Below are positions 34,906-43,089 of a stretch of 64,000 bases of DNA, piece after piece (position 1 is the stretch's first letter; each line of letters opens with the position of its first letter). Under the pieces are notes generated by a model that did no database searches, was not told the DNA's origin, and saw only the letters and a list, made by a program, of their open reading frames with translations. This DNA comes from an uncultured Clostridia bacterium. Lineage in GTDB: Bacteria; Bacillota; Clostridia; Oscillospirales; Acutalibacteraceae. The position numbers and the translations under genes are program-made. The stretch spans positions 7,290-71,289 of the forward strand of contig CAMHKB010000001.1 of the NCBI GenBank assembly GCA_946185555.1, written 5' to 3'.

Positions 34906-35589
34906 TCACTGTTCAGATTGAATTTCATCAATTCCATTTGCAAGAAAGGCGGCTCTTCTGTCACGGCACGTACCGCATTTTCCGCACGGAACACTTCCTC
35001 CGGAATAGCAGCTCCATGTCATATGATACGGCACATTGAGGCTTAACCCTTCCCTGACAACACCGGCTTTGTTCATCCCCACAAAGGGAGCGATAACCTC
35101 AATTTCATTTCCGCTGCCTATGTATACAGCCCGGGAAATAGCGTCGTTAAATTCCTTGCTGCAATCAGGATAGGCATTTCCGGCAGCATCATCGCTGTGC
35201 GCGCCGTAATACAGATATTTGCATCCGCTTGCGCCTGCAATGCTTGCCGCACAGGACAGAAAAAGACCGTTTCTGAAAGGTACGTAGGTTGAAACCGGCT
35301 TGCCGTCTGTTTTTTTCAGCTGCTCGCTGTAATCCTCCTCCGGTATATCATTACCGGAAGATATCAGCAGGGACGAATCAGAGCCTTCAAATATTTTAGT
35401 CAGATCAAGCTCTCTATGCACTACTCCGTAATATGCGGCAATATCTCTTGCCGCCTGTATCTCCCTGTAATGCTTTTGTCCGTAAAAAACAGACAGAGCC
35501 ATCACCTCATCCTTTCCGAATTTATCTACAGCTATTGCAAGACAGGTAGTACTGTCTACTCCTCCGCTTAGCAGCACCAGTGCTTTCAT
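34906..35589 (-). CDS. queC: 7-cyano-7-deazaguanine synthase
   Basis: MKALVLLSGGVDSTTC (PP-loop) and the C-terminal zinc site WSCY...CGKCGTCRDR. Confidence 0.9.
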   Translation of the reverse strand: MKALVLLSGGVDSTTCLAIAVDKFGKDEVMALSVFYGQKHYREIQAARDIAAYYGVVHRELDLTKIFEGSDSSLLISSGNDIPEEDYSEQLKKTDGKPVSTYVPFRNGLFLSCAASIAGASGCKYLYYGAHSDDAAGNAYPDCSKEFNDAISRAVYIGSGNEIEVIAPFVGMNKAGVVREGLSLNVPYHMTWSCYSGGSVPCGKCGTCRDRRAAFLANGIDEIQSEQ

Positions 35590-35600
35590 CCTTCAACATC

Positions 35601-35697
35601 TCCCTTAAACAGTTTTCAGTTGTAAGTCAACAGTTGCCAGCTGCCAGTTTAAAGCAATTTACATCCGGCTACAACTTACAACTTACAACTTACGACT
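35601..35697 (-). repeat. GT-rich/AC-rich low-complexity hairpin between queDE and queC
   Basis: CAGTTTTCAGTTGTAAGTCAACAGTTGCCAGCTGCCAGTT ... CTACAACTTACAACTTACAACTTACGACTTATAACTT. AGTTGTAAGT is complementary to ACTTACAACT. Confidence 0.6.
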
Positions 35698-35710
35698 TAT
35701 AACTTAAATA

Positions 35711-36844
35711 CTATACTCCCTTAGTTTTTGGATTCCATATATATTTGTGCAGCTGCAATTGAAGCCGCACATCGTTCATATTGTTTTCTTTCATAAAGTC
35801 CACGATCTGAGCGGGTTCTATTTCTCCGAATACGGGGCTGAAATATACGTGACATTTTTCTGTCAGTCTGTACAGTTCAATAATTTCCTTTGCTTTTGCA
35901 AGGTCTTCCACGCTCCCGGATACGAACTTTACGGTATCTTCCTTCCCTAAAACAAGAAGGTTATCCACATACATATGATCTTCCATTCCGCTGCCGGGAA
36001 GCTTATAATCCATCGTAAAAACAGGTCTGCATTCAGAAACGGCAAAAACTCTGAGCGGTATGCTTCCGTTTGTTTCTATTTCCGTGCGGATACCCTTATG
36101 AATAAGCATATTAATAAGCGTCTGAATATTTTTTTGCAGCAGAGGTTCTCCGCCTGTCAGAGTAACATTTCTCACACCCATAGCAAATACCCATCCGCAT
36201 AATTCATCAGCGCTAAGCATTTGTGCGTCTGTATCCTCACTGTTCGCCCAGCTTGTGTCACAATATGTACAGTTTAAATTGCAGCCCCTGAAACGGATAA
36301 ATGCAGCAAGCTCTCCGGCACGGACACCTTCACCGTTTATACTGACAAATTTTTCAGCGACCGGAAAAACTGCTTCTTTATCAGCCTGCTTTTCCGAACA
36401 ATCGCCGCTGTCATTTTCTGTTACTGTACATTCATATGCAGCACAGTTATCATCTGTCTCATACACCGCCACAGAAACGACCGGTATTCCATCAGAGACA
36501 AGCAGACTATAAAAATGCTTCGCAAGATTTTCAGCTGTAGGACGGAAGGGAAGTTCAATTATCCTGAATCCGTCACTAAGAAGGTTCTGCATTGTATTAT
36601 CTCTCAGTGAACCTTCCTCTATTATAAGAGCGTGGTCGAATCTGTCAGCGATCTCCCTTACAGACCTTTTCAAGTCTGAAAAGTCGATAAGCATACCTTT
36701 TTTACTGCCGCTTTTTATCAGTTCATTACCGGCGGCGCTTACTTCTATTTTCCAGCAATGTCCATGTATATTGGCGCATTTTCCATCATACCCCGAAAGA
36801 AAATGTGCGCTGTCAAATGTTGCCTGTGTTTTTAAAATGTACAA
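35711..36844 (-). CDS. queDE: fused 6-carboxytetrahydropterin synthase / 7-carboxy-7-deazaguanine synthase (QueD-QueE)
   Basis: The N-terminal roughly 140 aa are QueD-like (FDSAHFL...CANIHGHCWKIEV). The C-terminal roughly 230 aa are QueE radical SAM (FIRFRGCNLNCTYCDT, VTLTGGEPLL). It is one uninterrupted frame with a TTG start at 36844, preceded by GAGGTG. Confidence 0.85.
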   Translation of the reverse strand: MYILKTQATFDSAHFLSGYDGKCANIHGHCWKIEVSAAGNELIKSGSKKGMLIDFSDLKRSVREIADRFDHALIIEEGSLRDNTMQNLLSDGFRIIELPFRPTAENLAKHFYSLLVSDGIPVVSVAVYETDDNCAAYECTVTENDSGDCSEKQADKEAVFPVAEKFVSINGEGVRAGELAAFIRFRGCNLNCTYCDTSWANSEDTDAQMLSADELCGWVFAMGVRNVTLTGGEPLLQKNIQTLINMLIHKGIRTEIETNGSIPLRVFAVSECRPVFTMDYKLPGSGMEDHMYVDNLLVLGKEDTVKFVSGSVEDLAKAKEIIELYRLTEKCHVYFSPVFGEIEPAQIVDFMKENNMNDVRLQLQLHKYIWNPKTKGV

Positions 36845-36867
36845 GATAATTACACCTCATGTTTTAG

Positions 36868-36901
36868 AAGCTCAGAGCTAAGAGTGCAGAGTTCAGAGCT
36901 T
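36868..36901. repeat. isolated end module of the repeat (reverse orientation), hairpin plus T7 on the plus strand
   Basis: AAGCTCAGAGCTAAGAGTGCAGAGTTCAGAGCTT followed by GTTTTTTT. AAGCTCAGA and TCAGAGCTT can pair with one mismatch. It lies in the leader of queDE. Confidence 0.6.
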
Positions 36902-37074
36902 GTTTTTTTCGTATTAACGGTTTGTCTTTTATTTAATTAACTCTCGTCCAAGAAAATGCTTGGATTATTTATCTCCTATCGAAATTCTTTCTAAAAAGTG
37001 TTGCACTTGACTTGACAATTTAGCGTGCCGAGCGCAGCGAGGCGGAGGGGTTCACCAAGCTTACAACTTATAAC

Positions 37075-37842
37075 TTACAAAACATTCTTTCTGTAGATGA
37101 TCTCAAGTCCCTTTATAAGCAGATCATCATCAAGTATGATATTATGACGGCAATTCGGTATTATTTTCGGTGAAAGACCGCCGGTTGCTATTACAGTAGG
37201 CTCGCCTTCAAGCTCATCCTTCATTCTGTCTATCATACCGTCTATCATCGCCGCATTTCCAAGCACAATACCTGAACGCAGACAATCAGCCGTATTTGTA
37301 CCGATCGCTTTCTTTGGAGTGTCAAGACTTATACCCTGAAGCTGTGCAGCATTATGGGTAAGTGAATCAAGTGCAACACGCACGCCCGGTGCTATAATGC
37401 CGCCCCTGTAAACTCCGTTTTTATCAATAGCCACCATAGTTGTAGCTGTACCCATATCTATAATTATCAGAGGCTTGCTGTATGCGGCAAGTGCAGCCAC
37501 AGCGCCGACTACAAGATCAGAACCAAGAGTAGCCGGGTTATCTATGCGAATATTAAGACCTGTTTTTATTCCCGGTCCTACCAAAAGCGGATCATGGGAG
37601 CATACCATCTTTACAGCCTTTTTCAGCACCTCATTCAGCTGAGGTACAACGCTTGATATAATTGCGCCGTCAAAGGTGATCTTTTTCATACCGTTTATTT
37701 CAATAAGTGTTTTCATTATAACGGCATATTCGTCCTCCGTCTTATTTCTGTCAGTATGAATGCGGGACAGAAAAGATGTTTTTCCTCCGTTTACAGCACC
37801 GAATACTATGTTCGTATTTCCAACGTCAAGTGCAAGAATCAT
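37075..37842 (-). CDS. coaX: type III pantothenate kinase
   Basis: MILALDVGNTNIVFG...IIDMGTATT...GPGI... is the CoaX ASKHA-fold motif set. 255 aa. Confidence 0.9.
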   Translation of the reverse strand: MILALDVGNTNIVFGAVNGGKTSFLSRIHTDRNKTEDEYAVIMKTLIEINGMKKITFDGAIISSVVPQLNEVLKKAVKMVCSHDPLLVGPGIKTGLNIRIDNPATLGSDLVVGAVAALAAYSKPLIIIDMGTATTMVAIDKNGVYRGGIIAPGVRVALDSLTHNAAQLQGISLDTPKKAIGTNTADCLRSGIVLGNAAMIDGMIDRMKDELEGEPTVIATGGLSPKIIPNCRHNIILDDDLLIKGLEIIYRKNVL

Positions 37843-37995
37843 TTAACAGACCTCCGTTTGTCTTTTTCATTATATCAACTGTTATAACATCTCCGTACAA
37901 TTATACACTATTGCGGACAAAATTTAAATACTATTTTAAAAAAATTAATCTTTTCCACAAAAGCAGCGTAACTTGAAAAATTCTTCGCTGCTTTG

Positions 37996-38070
37996 TTAAC
38001 AGTCGTCAGTTGGAAGTTGTAAGTTGTCAGTTAACATAACAATTTACATAATGATTACATCTTACAACTT
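37996..38070. repeat. GT-rich/AC-rich low-complexity module upstream of apbE
   Basis: GTTAACAGTCGTCAGTTGGAAGTTGTAAGTTGTCAGTTAAC ... CATCTTACAACTTG. The left part recurs at 39472-39512 (GTTAACAGTCGTCATATGGAAGTTGTCAGTTGTTAG). Confidence 0.6.
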
Positions 38071-38074
38071 GAAA

Positions 38075-38178
38075 AAAGATTCTTCGCCGCTTTGTTTCTG
38101 AAAATATAAAAGTGCATCATTACTGTCAAATCAAAAAGCGTCCCCACTCTTAACAACAAGCCCGCTCCTCAGAATGAC
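38075..38178. repeat. partial copy C (central and right part) of the modular repeat
   Basis: AAAGATTCTTCGCCGCTTTGTTTCTGAAAATAT...CACTCTTAACAACAAGCCCGCTCCTCAGAATGACAG matches the corresponding parts of copies A and B. Confidence 0.7.
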
Positions 38179-38362
38179 AGTGAAGGAAAAATGCTTCAAA
38201 AACGCCATCATTGTACATTGAACATTGAACATTGACACAAGCGCTCCCCGGAATGGAACATGAAAAGTATTATAAGCAAAACTATAAAATCAACAATATT
38301 CTATTTCGGAATTATCGTAACATTCTTATATGCTAAATTATTATGGAAAAGAGGCGGTCAGA

Positions 38363-39412
38363 ATGACGATAAGAAAAATAATCACTGTACTATCAGCAGC
38401 TGCTTTATTATTTACAGCCGGATGCAGTTTTTCAGATTATAAAAATAATAAGGACACTGAAAGTATACCTTCATGCACAAAGGAACTGTTCGCAATGGAT
38501 ACATACATGACTGTAACAGCATACGGAGAAAATTCTGAAAAAGCTGTAAGTGAAGCCCTGACAGAAATTCAGCGGCTGGATTCTCTTCTGAGCACCGGCA
38601 AAAAGGACAGCGAAATCAGTATCCTTAACAAAACCGGAAAAGCAAATCTTTCCGAAGACAGCAGATATCTTATGGATAAGGCAGATTATATATTTTCAAG
38701 CACAGGCGGTGCGTTTGACATAACCGTATATCCTCTTATGACATTGTGGGGCTTTCAGGGCGGAGAACCCTCTTTGCCGGAGGATAAACAAATAAAAGAA
38801 GTCCTGACACTTATCGGACAGGACAGGATAAAATATAATGACAGCGAAATAATTCTCGGAAATGGTCAGGGAATAGATTTCGGCGGAATTGCAAAGGGAT
38901 ATACAGGCAACAGGATAATGAAAATATTTGAGAAAAACGACATTGTATCAGGCGTTATTTCACTGGGCGGAAATGTTCAGTGCTATGGCAAAAAGACTGA
39001 CGGAAGTCTCTGGAGATGCGGAATAACAGACCCTGACAATCCTGAAGATAAGTCTTCACTCATTGGTACGGTTGAGGTTTCTGACAAAGCCGTTGTCACA
39101 TCGGGGGGATACGAGCGTTTTTTCAAAGATGAAAATAGCGGTGTTACCTATCACCATATCATGGATCCATCTACCGGATACAGTGCCGATAACGGTCTTT
39201 TATCCGTTACCATTGTCAGCAGTGACGGCACTCTTGCGGACGGACTATCTACAGCCTGTTTTGTTATGGGTGAGGATAAGGCAATTGAGTTCTGGCGTCA
39301 GCACAGCAGTGAATTTGACATGATACTGATAAACGACAAACGTGAAATAACCGTCACTCAGGGCATCAGCCAGAACTTTACATCTGACAGAATTTGGAAT
39401 GTGGAAAGTTGA
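38363..39412 (+). CDS. apbE: FAD:protein FMN transferase (ApbE-family lipoprotein)
   Basis: Lipobox LFTAGCS, then FAMDTYMTVTAYG, DFGGIAKGY, VTSGGYERFF and YHHIMDP motifs. The start is taken at the ATG at 38363, after AAGAGG. Confidence 0.85.
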   Translation: MTIRKIITVLSAAALLFTAGCSFSDYKNNKDTESIPSCTKELFAMDTYMTVTAYGENSEKAVSEALTEIQRLDSLLSTGKKDSEISILNKTGKANLSEDSRYLMDKADYIFSSTGGAFDITVYPLMTLWGFQGGEPSLPEDKQIKEVLTLIGQDRIKYNDSEIILGNGQGIDFGGIAKGYTGNRIMKIFEKNDIVSGVISLGGNVQCYGKKTDGSLWRCGITDPDNPEDKSSLIGTVEVSDKAVVTSGGYERFFKDENSGVTYHHIMDPSTGYSADNGLLSVTIVSSDGTLADGLSTACFVMGEDKAIEFWRQHSSEFDMILINDKREITVTQGISQNFTSDRIWNVES

Positions 39413-39422
39413 AAGTGGAATT
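39396..39422. repeat. 27-nt module GGAATGTGGAAAGTTGAAAGTGGAATT, also present inverted at 452-478
   Basis: The reverse complement of 452-478 is GGGATGTGGAAAGTTGAAAGTGGAATT, 26 of 27 identical. The 39396 copy contains the last codons and the TGA stop of apbE. Confidence 0.75.
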
Positions 39423-39540
39423 ATATAAGCCTAAAGCATAGTATAAAGCTTAAATCTTCTTTTGTCGTTTTGTTAACAGTCGTCATATGGAAGTTGTCAG
39501 TTGTTAGTTTAATGTCGGATGCCATCACAGTCATCCCACC

Positions 39541-39784
39541 CACGCTGTCATCCTGAGCGCAGCGAAGGATCTTTTTCATGAAACCAGCGTGACCTGAAAG
39601 ATTCTTCGTCGCTTTGTTTTTTGAAAATATCATAGTTCATAATTGTCGGCAAGTCCAAAAACATCACTACTCATAAAAACAGTGCCGCTCCTCAGAATGA
39701 CAAGTGGGAGAAGCTTATAAATCAACAAAAGAAGAAAAAAGTCTGAAACGTCATGCTCTAAGCTCTGCACTCTTAACTCTGAGC
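39541..39784. repeat. full-length copy B of the same modular repeat
   Basis: Colinear with copy A: CACGCTGTCATCCTGAGCGCAGCGAAGGATCTTTTTCAT ... AAAGATTCTTCGTCGCTTTG ... CCGCTCCTCAGAATGACAAGTGG ... GAAAAAAGTCTGAAAC ... CTCTAAGCTCTGCACTCTTAACTCTGAGC. Its last module contains the stop codon of the gerAB/AC ORF. Confidence 0.8.
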
Positions 39785-41416
39785 TATAATCGTTCCGGTT
39801 TTAGTAAGTCTTTCTGTGGAAGTATCTATTTCAAGCAAGGGAAAATACAGTTTCCTGTCTTCTCCCTTTGTATAAACAATATAATCAAACAGAGTGCAGC
39901 CTTCCGTCTTTCTCTTATCTGCGCTGCTGTTTACAACCATATTTATATCCTCACTGTGCATTCCGAACCTTTTCACAGCATCTGTAAGCAGTCCTTCACT
40001 ATCTTCCGAGCTGACGATGATATTTGACGTTTTCATAATTTCCTTATTGTTACAGAAATATGAAAGAGTTTCACTGCTTTCACTTGCAGCGTCCCTGTTC
40101 ATCATAATAAACAAACACTGACTTAATAGACAGCGTTTACCTGTAGAGGCTTCTGTACTGCTTACAGCGTCCTCTACATCTTTTCCATGCCCTTTTATTA
40201 TCTTTATGCTGTTTTCGCTGTTCTCCGCCTCTGTATCAAGTGTAAGCATGGTGAGCATTATTCCGTCATCTGACTTGTCAATGCCTATCCCCTGTATTAT
40301 CAGACGCTGATTGAGCGGAATATCTGAACAGCCTGACATAAATACTATCATCACAGTAAGCATTCCTGCAAGCATTCTTTTGCTTATACTTTTGTTTTTT
40401 ATCATTATTCCTATAAGACGAATAAAGGGCAAAAATATTACAGCCGCAAAAATAATAATCATCATAAGCTTTTTATCAAACAACATATCACCTATATTTT
40501 TATTCAGCGAAAGAAAGACCGCTCCACTGGCTATGACTGAAACCGTAATGTAAAAAGCCTTTGAGGATGACCTTATACGGCACAGGCTGTCCCTTAATAT
40601 CAGCATATATCCGCAAAGCTGACATACTGCTGACGATATAACTATGCTGATAAAAACAGGATGCAGCCGCTGAAGCGTTCGTGTTCCATCCGTAATATGG
40701 TAGAACGGAAATGTCGTTCCGATAAGATATATGCCCATTGAACCGCTTATCAGTATCAGCATGAATACTAAAAACAGGCTCTGGAAAATATTCCACATCA
40801 TTACAGGACGCAGCGTTCGTCCCTTTGTTCTGCTGAGATAGCATATCAGCAGAATTATTTCTCCTGCTCCGGAAATAACTTCCGCTATGCCGTCACTCAT
40901 GGAAATACCTTTGGCGTTCATATTCAGGCTCTGTAAATCTAAAAGCGGAAACAGCCCCGTCATAATGACAATACTTCCTGCCAATATCCATATAAATACA
41001 AGAAATGAAAATCTGACCGCTGCTTCAAGTCCCTTTACAGCAGCATATAATGCAGCAGCAAATATTATAATGGTTATAACTATTCCGCTGATATCAGGCG
41101 CATATTCTATACAAAAGCTGAAGGTCCTGTACAAGATCGCTGTACACTCATAAACTGAAAACAGTATCAGAAATGCTCTGCCTGACCTCGCTGTAAAAAT
41201 ATTGTCAGCCTTCTGCTGCCTTTCAAAGCTGCCGCAGATAAGAACCGGTATAAGAACTGTTGTAAAAATCACAATGCTGACAAGAAGCGGCAGCATAAGC
41301 CCCCATACAGAGGTCTTTCCGTCAAAGCTCTGCTGAGCTGTAATTACTGCGCTTATCCTTGATACAAACATCAGTACCCCAAGCTGAGCAGCTGTTATTT
41401 TTTTATTTGTTTCCAT
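39773..41416 (-). CDS. spore germination GerAB-type permease continuous in frame with a short GerAC-like lipoprotein segment
   Basis: Residues 1 to about 335 form a roughly 10-TM Spore_permease-like protein. Residues 338-363 read MIKNKSISKRMLAGMLTVMIVFMSGC (lipoprotein signal plus lipobox). Next comes SDIPLNQRLIIQGIGIDK, the typical start of Ger(x)C proteins. No stop codon separates the two parts. Confidence 0.7.
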   Translation of the reverse strand: METNKKITAAQLGVLMFVSRISAVITAQQSFDGKTSVWGLMLPLLVSIVIFTTVLIPVLICGSFERQQKADNIFTARSGRAFLILFSVYECTAILYRTFSFCIEYAPDISGIVITIIIFAAALYAAVKGLEAAVRFSFLVFIWILAGSIVIMTGLFPLLDLQSLNMNAKGISMSDGIAEVISGAGEIILLICYLSRTKGRTLRPVMMWNIFQSLFLVFMLILISGSMGIYLIGTTFPFYHITDGTRTLQRLHPVFISIVISSAVCQLCGYMLILRDSLCRIRSSSKAFYITVSVIASGAVFLSLNKNIGDMLFDKKLMMIIIFAAVIFLPFIRLIGIMIKNKSISKRMLAGMLTVMIVFMSGCSDIPLNQRLIIQGIGIDKSDDGIMLTMLTLDTEAENSENSIKIIKGHGKDVEDAVSSTEASTGKRCLLSQCLFIMMNRDAASESSETLSYFCNNKEIMKTSNIIVSSEDSEGLLTDAVKRFGMHSEDINMVVNSSADKRKTEGCTLFDYIVYTKGEDRKLYFPLLEIDTSTERLTKTGTIIAQS

Positions 41417-42944
41417 AGATCATTTCCTCCGGATGCGCACCGGGCATATTCTGCACCTTATTGTTTCTGCCCGAAAGTATCCTCCACCCTGCACGAAAAA
41501 ATACATCACGAAATACTGACACACCAAACGGTGTCAAAGGCGACATATACGGTATGCCAAAACATGTTTTGCTGCACATATTCACAGATACCATACACAT
41601 TACTGCTGCTATGCCCCATATTCCGAACATTCCGCCGACAACTGCAAATACTATCCTGAGTACAGCAACCGGCGCATACATATCAGGAACAATATATGAA
41701 CATATTGCTGAAATAGCAACCACCATTAATGTCGGCGCTCCTATAAGTCCGGCATTGATCGCCGTATCTCCTATCACAAGTCCGCCTACTATACTGACTG
41801 CATATCCAAGCGGCTGAGGCATTCTCAGACCGGATTCACGCATTATCTCATACACAAGAAGTATCAATATAGTTTCCGCAGTCAGGGACAGAGGCGTATC
41901 TCCTATTGATATCGCTATTTTATTAAGTGTCAGAGTTGGAAACATTTCCGGGTCATAGGTTCCAAGCGCCGTATAAAATCCCGGAAGAAGAACCGAAATA
42001 AAAAAAGCGGCAAATTTCAAAAGTCTTGTAAACAAAGCAAAATACGGACGGTTTGAATAATCGTCCATTGTCTGAAAAAATTCAGCAAAAATACACGGAA
42101 CAACAAGCGCTGACGGTACTCCGTCAATAAGTATGCCTATTCTTCCCTCTGTCAGCTTTCCGCAAAGAGTATCAGGACGTTCGGTGACACCTACTCCGCT
42201 GAACAATGATAAACCATTATTATCTTCAAGATAGGGCGCAATATATCCTGCTGCAAAAACTGTATCAATTTTTATACTTTTGAGCCTGCTTCTGACCTGC
42301 GACAGTATTTCATCTGAAACAACATCACGCAGATAGCATATACACACCTCCGTATGCGACAGATCTCCTACTGTCAGTATCTCAAATGTAAGCAAAGGAG
42401 TTTTCATCCGTCTTCTGAGCATGGACATATTCGTCCTGACAGGTTCAACAAAGCTCTCTCTTGAACCTCTCTGTATGATATCGGATTCAGGTTCGGATAT
42501 ACTTCTTGATCTGTAGCCCTGCACGCCCACAGAAAGCATTCTGCTGCTGCCCTCGATGCCTATTACCGCAAAGCCTGACAATATCATTGTATACAGCTGT
42601 TCAAATGTATATATCTCTGTAATATCATCTGTATACAAAACCTTATTCTTGATATCAGATATACACTGCTCTCCGCTGCCGGAAAACCTGTAACCGTACA
42701 AAGGTCTGAGTATTGCCTGGGCAAGTGTATCCTTATTAATCATATTGTCAATAGATATCACAACTCCGCTTATACCGTTCAGTTCTATACGGTGAACCGT
42801 AAGGTCGCAGGAAGACGCAAATTTTTTCTCTATAACTTTTATATTCTCAGATACAGAGGCTTTAAGCGGAGAGTTGTCTGCGCTGACTGACTTTTTTCTT
42901 TTCGGTGAAAGCATATCAGATATATTTTTTATCACGCTGTACAA
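41403..42944 (-). CDS. spore germination protein, GerA/GerKA (A subunit) family
   Basis: 513 aa: DLTVHRIELNG...SISEPESDIIQRGSRESFVE...NMSMLRRR... plus a C-terminal 5-TM block. It overlaps the B-subunit gene by 14 nt. Confidence 0.85.
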   Translation of the reverse strand: MYSVIKNISDMLSPKRKKSVSADNSPLKASVSENIKVIEKKFASSCDLTVHRIELNGISGVVISIDNMINKDTLAQAILRPLYGYRFSGSGEQCISDIKNKVLYTDDITEIYTFEQLYTMILSGFAVIGIEGSSRMLSVGVQGYRSRSISEPESDIIQRGSRESFVEPVRTNMSMLRRRMKTPLLTFEILTVGDLSHTEVCICYLRDVVSDEILSQVRSRLKSIKIDTVFAAGYIAPYLEDNNGLSLFSGVGVTERPDTLCGKLTEGRIGILIDGVPSALVVPCIFAEFFQTMDDYSNRPYFALFTRLLKFAAFFISVLLPGFYTALGTYDPEMFPTLTLNKIAISIGDTPLSLTAETILILLVYEIMRESGLRMPQPLGYAVSIVGGLVIGDTAINAGLIGAPTLMVVAISAICSYIVPDMYAPVAVLRIVFAVVGGMFGIWGIAAVMCMVSVNMCSKTCFGIPYMSPLTPFGVSVFRDVFFRAGWRILSGRNNKVQNMPGAHPEEMIYGNK

Positions 42945-43089
42945 ATAATCACTTCCTTAATAAACTTATGCTTTTATTAATTTCTGCACAAATGAAAAAA
43001 ATATACCCTTCATGTATAACATCAAAGTCACATGACAAAAATATGTTCAGAGTAACATCAATTGTAATTGCTTTGAACGGAGGAAAAAC

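Noticed and set aside
36845-37074. Expected preQ1 riboswitch upstream of queDE
   Set aside because: I read the minus-strand leader for the preQ1-I pattern (5-bp P1, loop with the ligand-pairing C, A-rich tail, 3-prime pseudoknot) and could not fit it. The only small hairpin (UCCAAG...CUUGGA) has a 5-nt loop, which is too short. This needs a covariance-model scan to be sure.
38205-38235. Short tandem word run CATTGTACATTGAACATTGAACATTGACA upstream of apbE
   Set aside because: It has only three to four imperfect 8-nt units and no second copy in the window. I regard it as part of the low-complexity repeat mosaic and do not report it as a separate feature.
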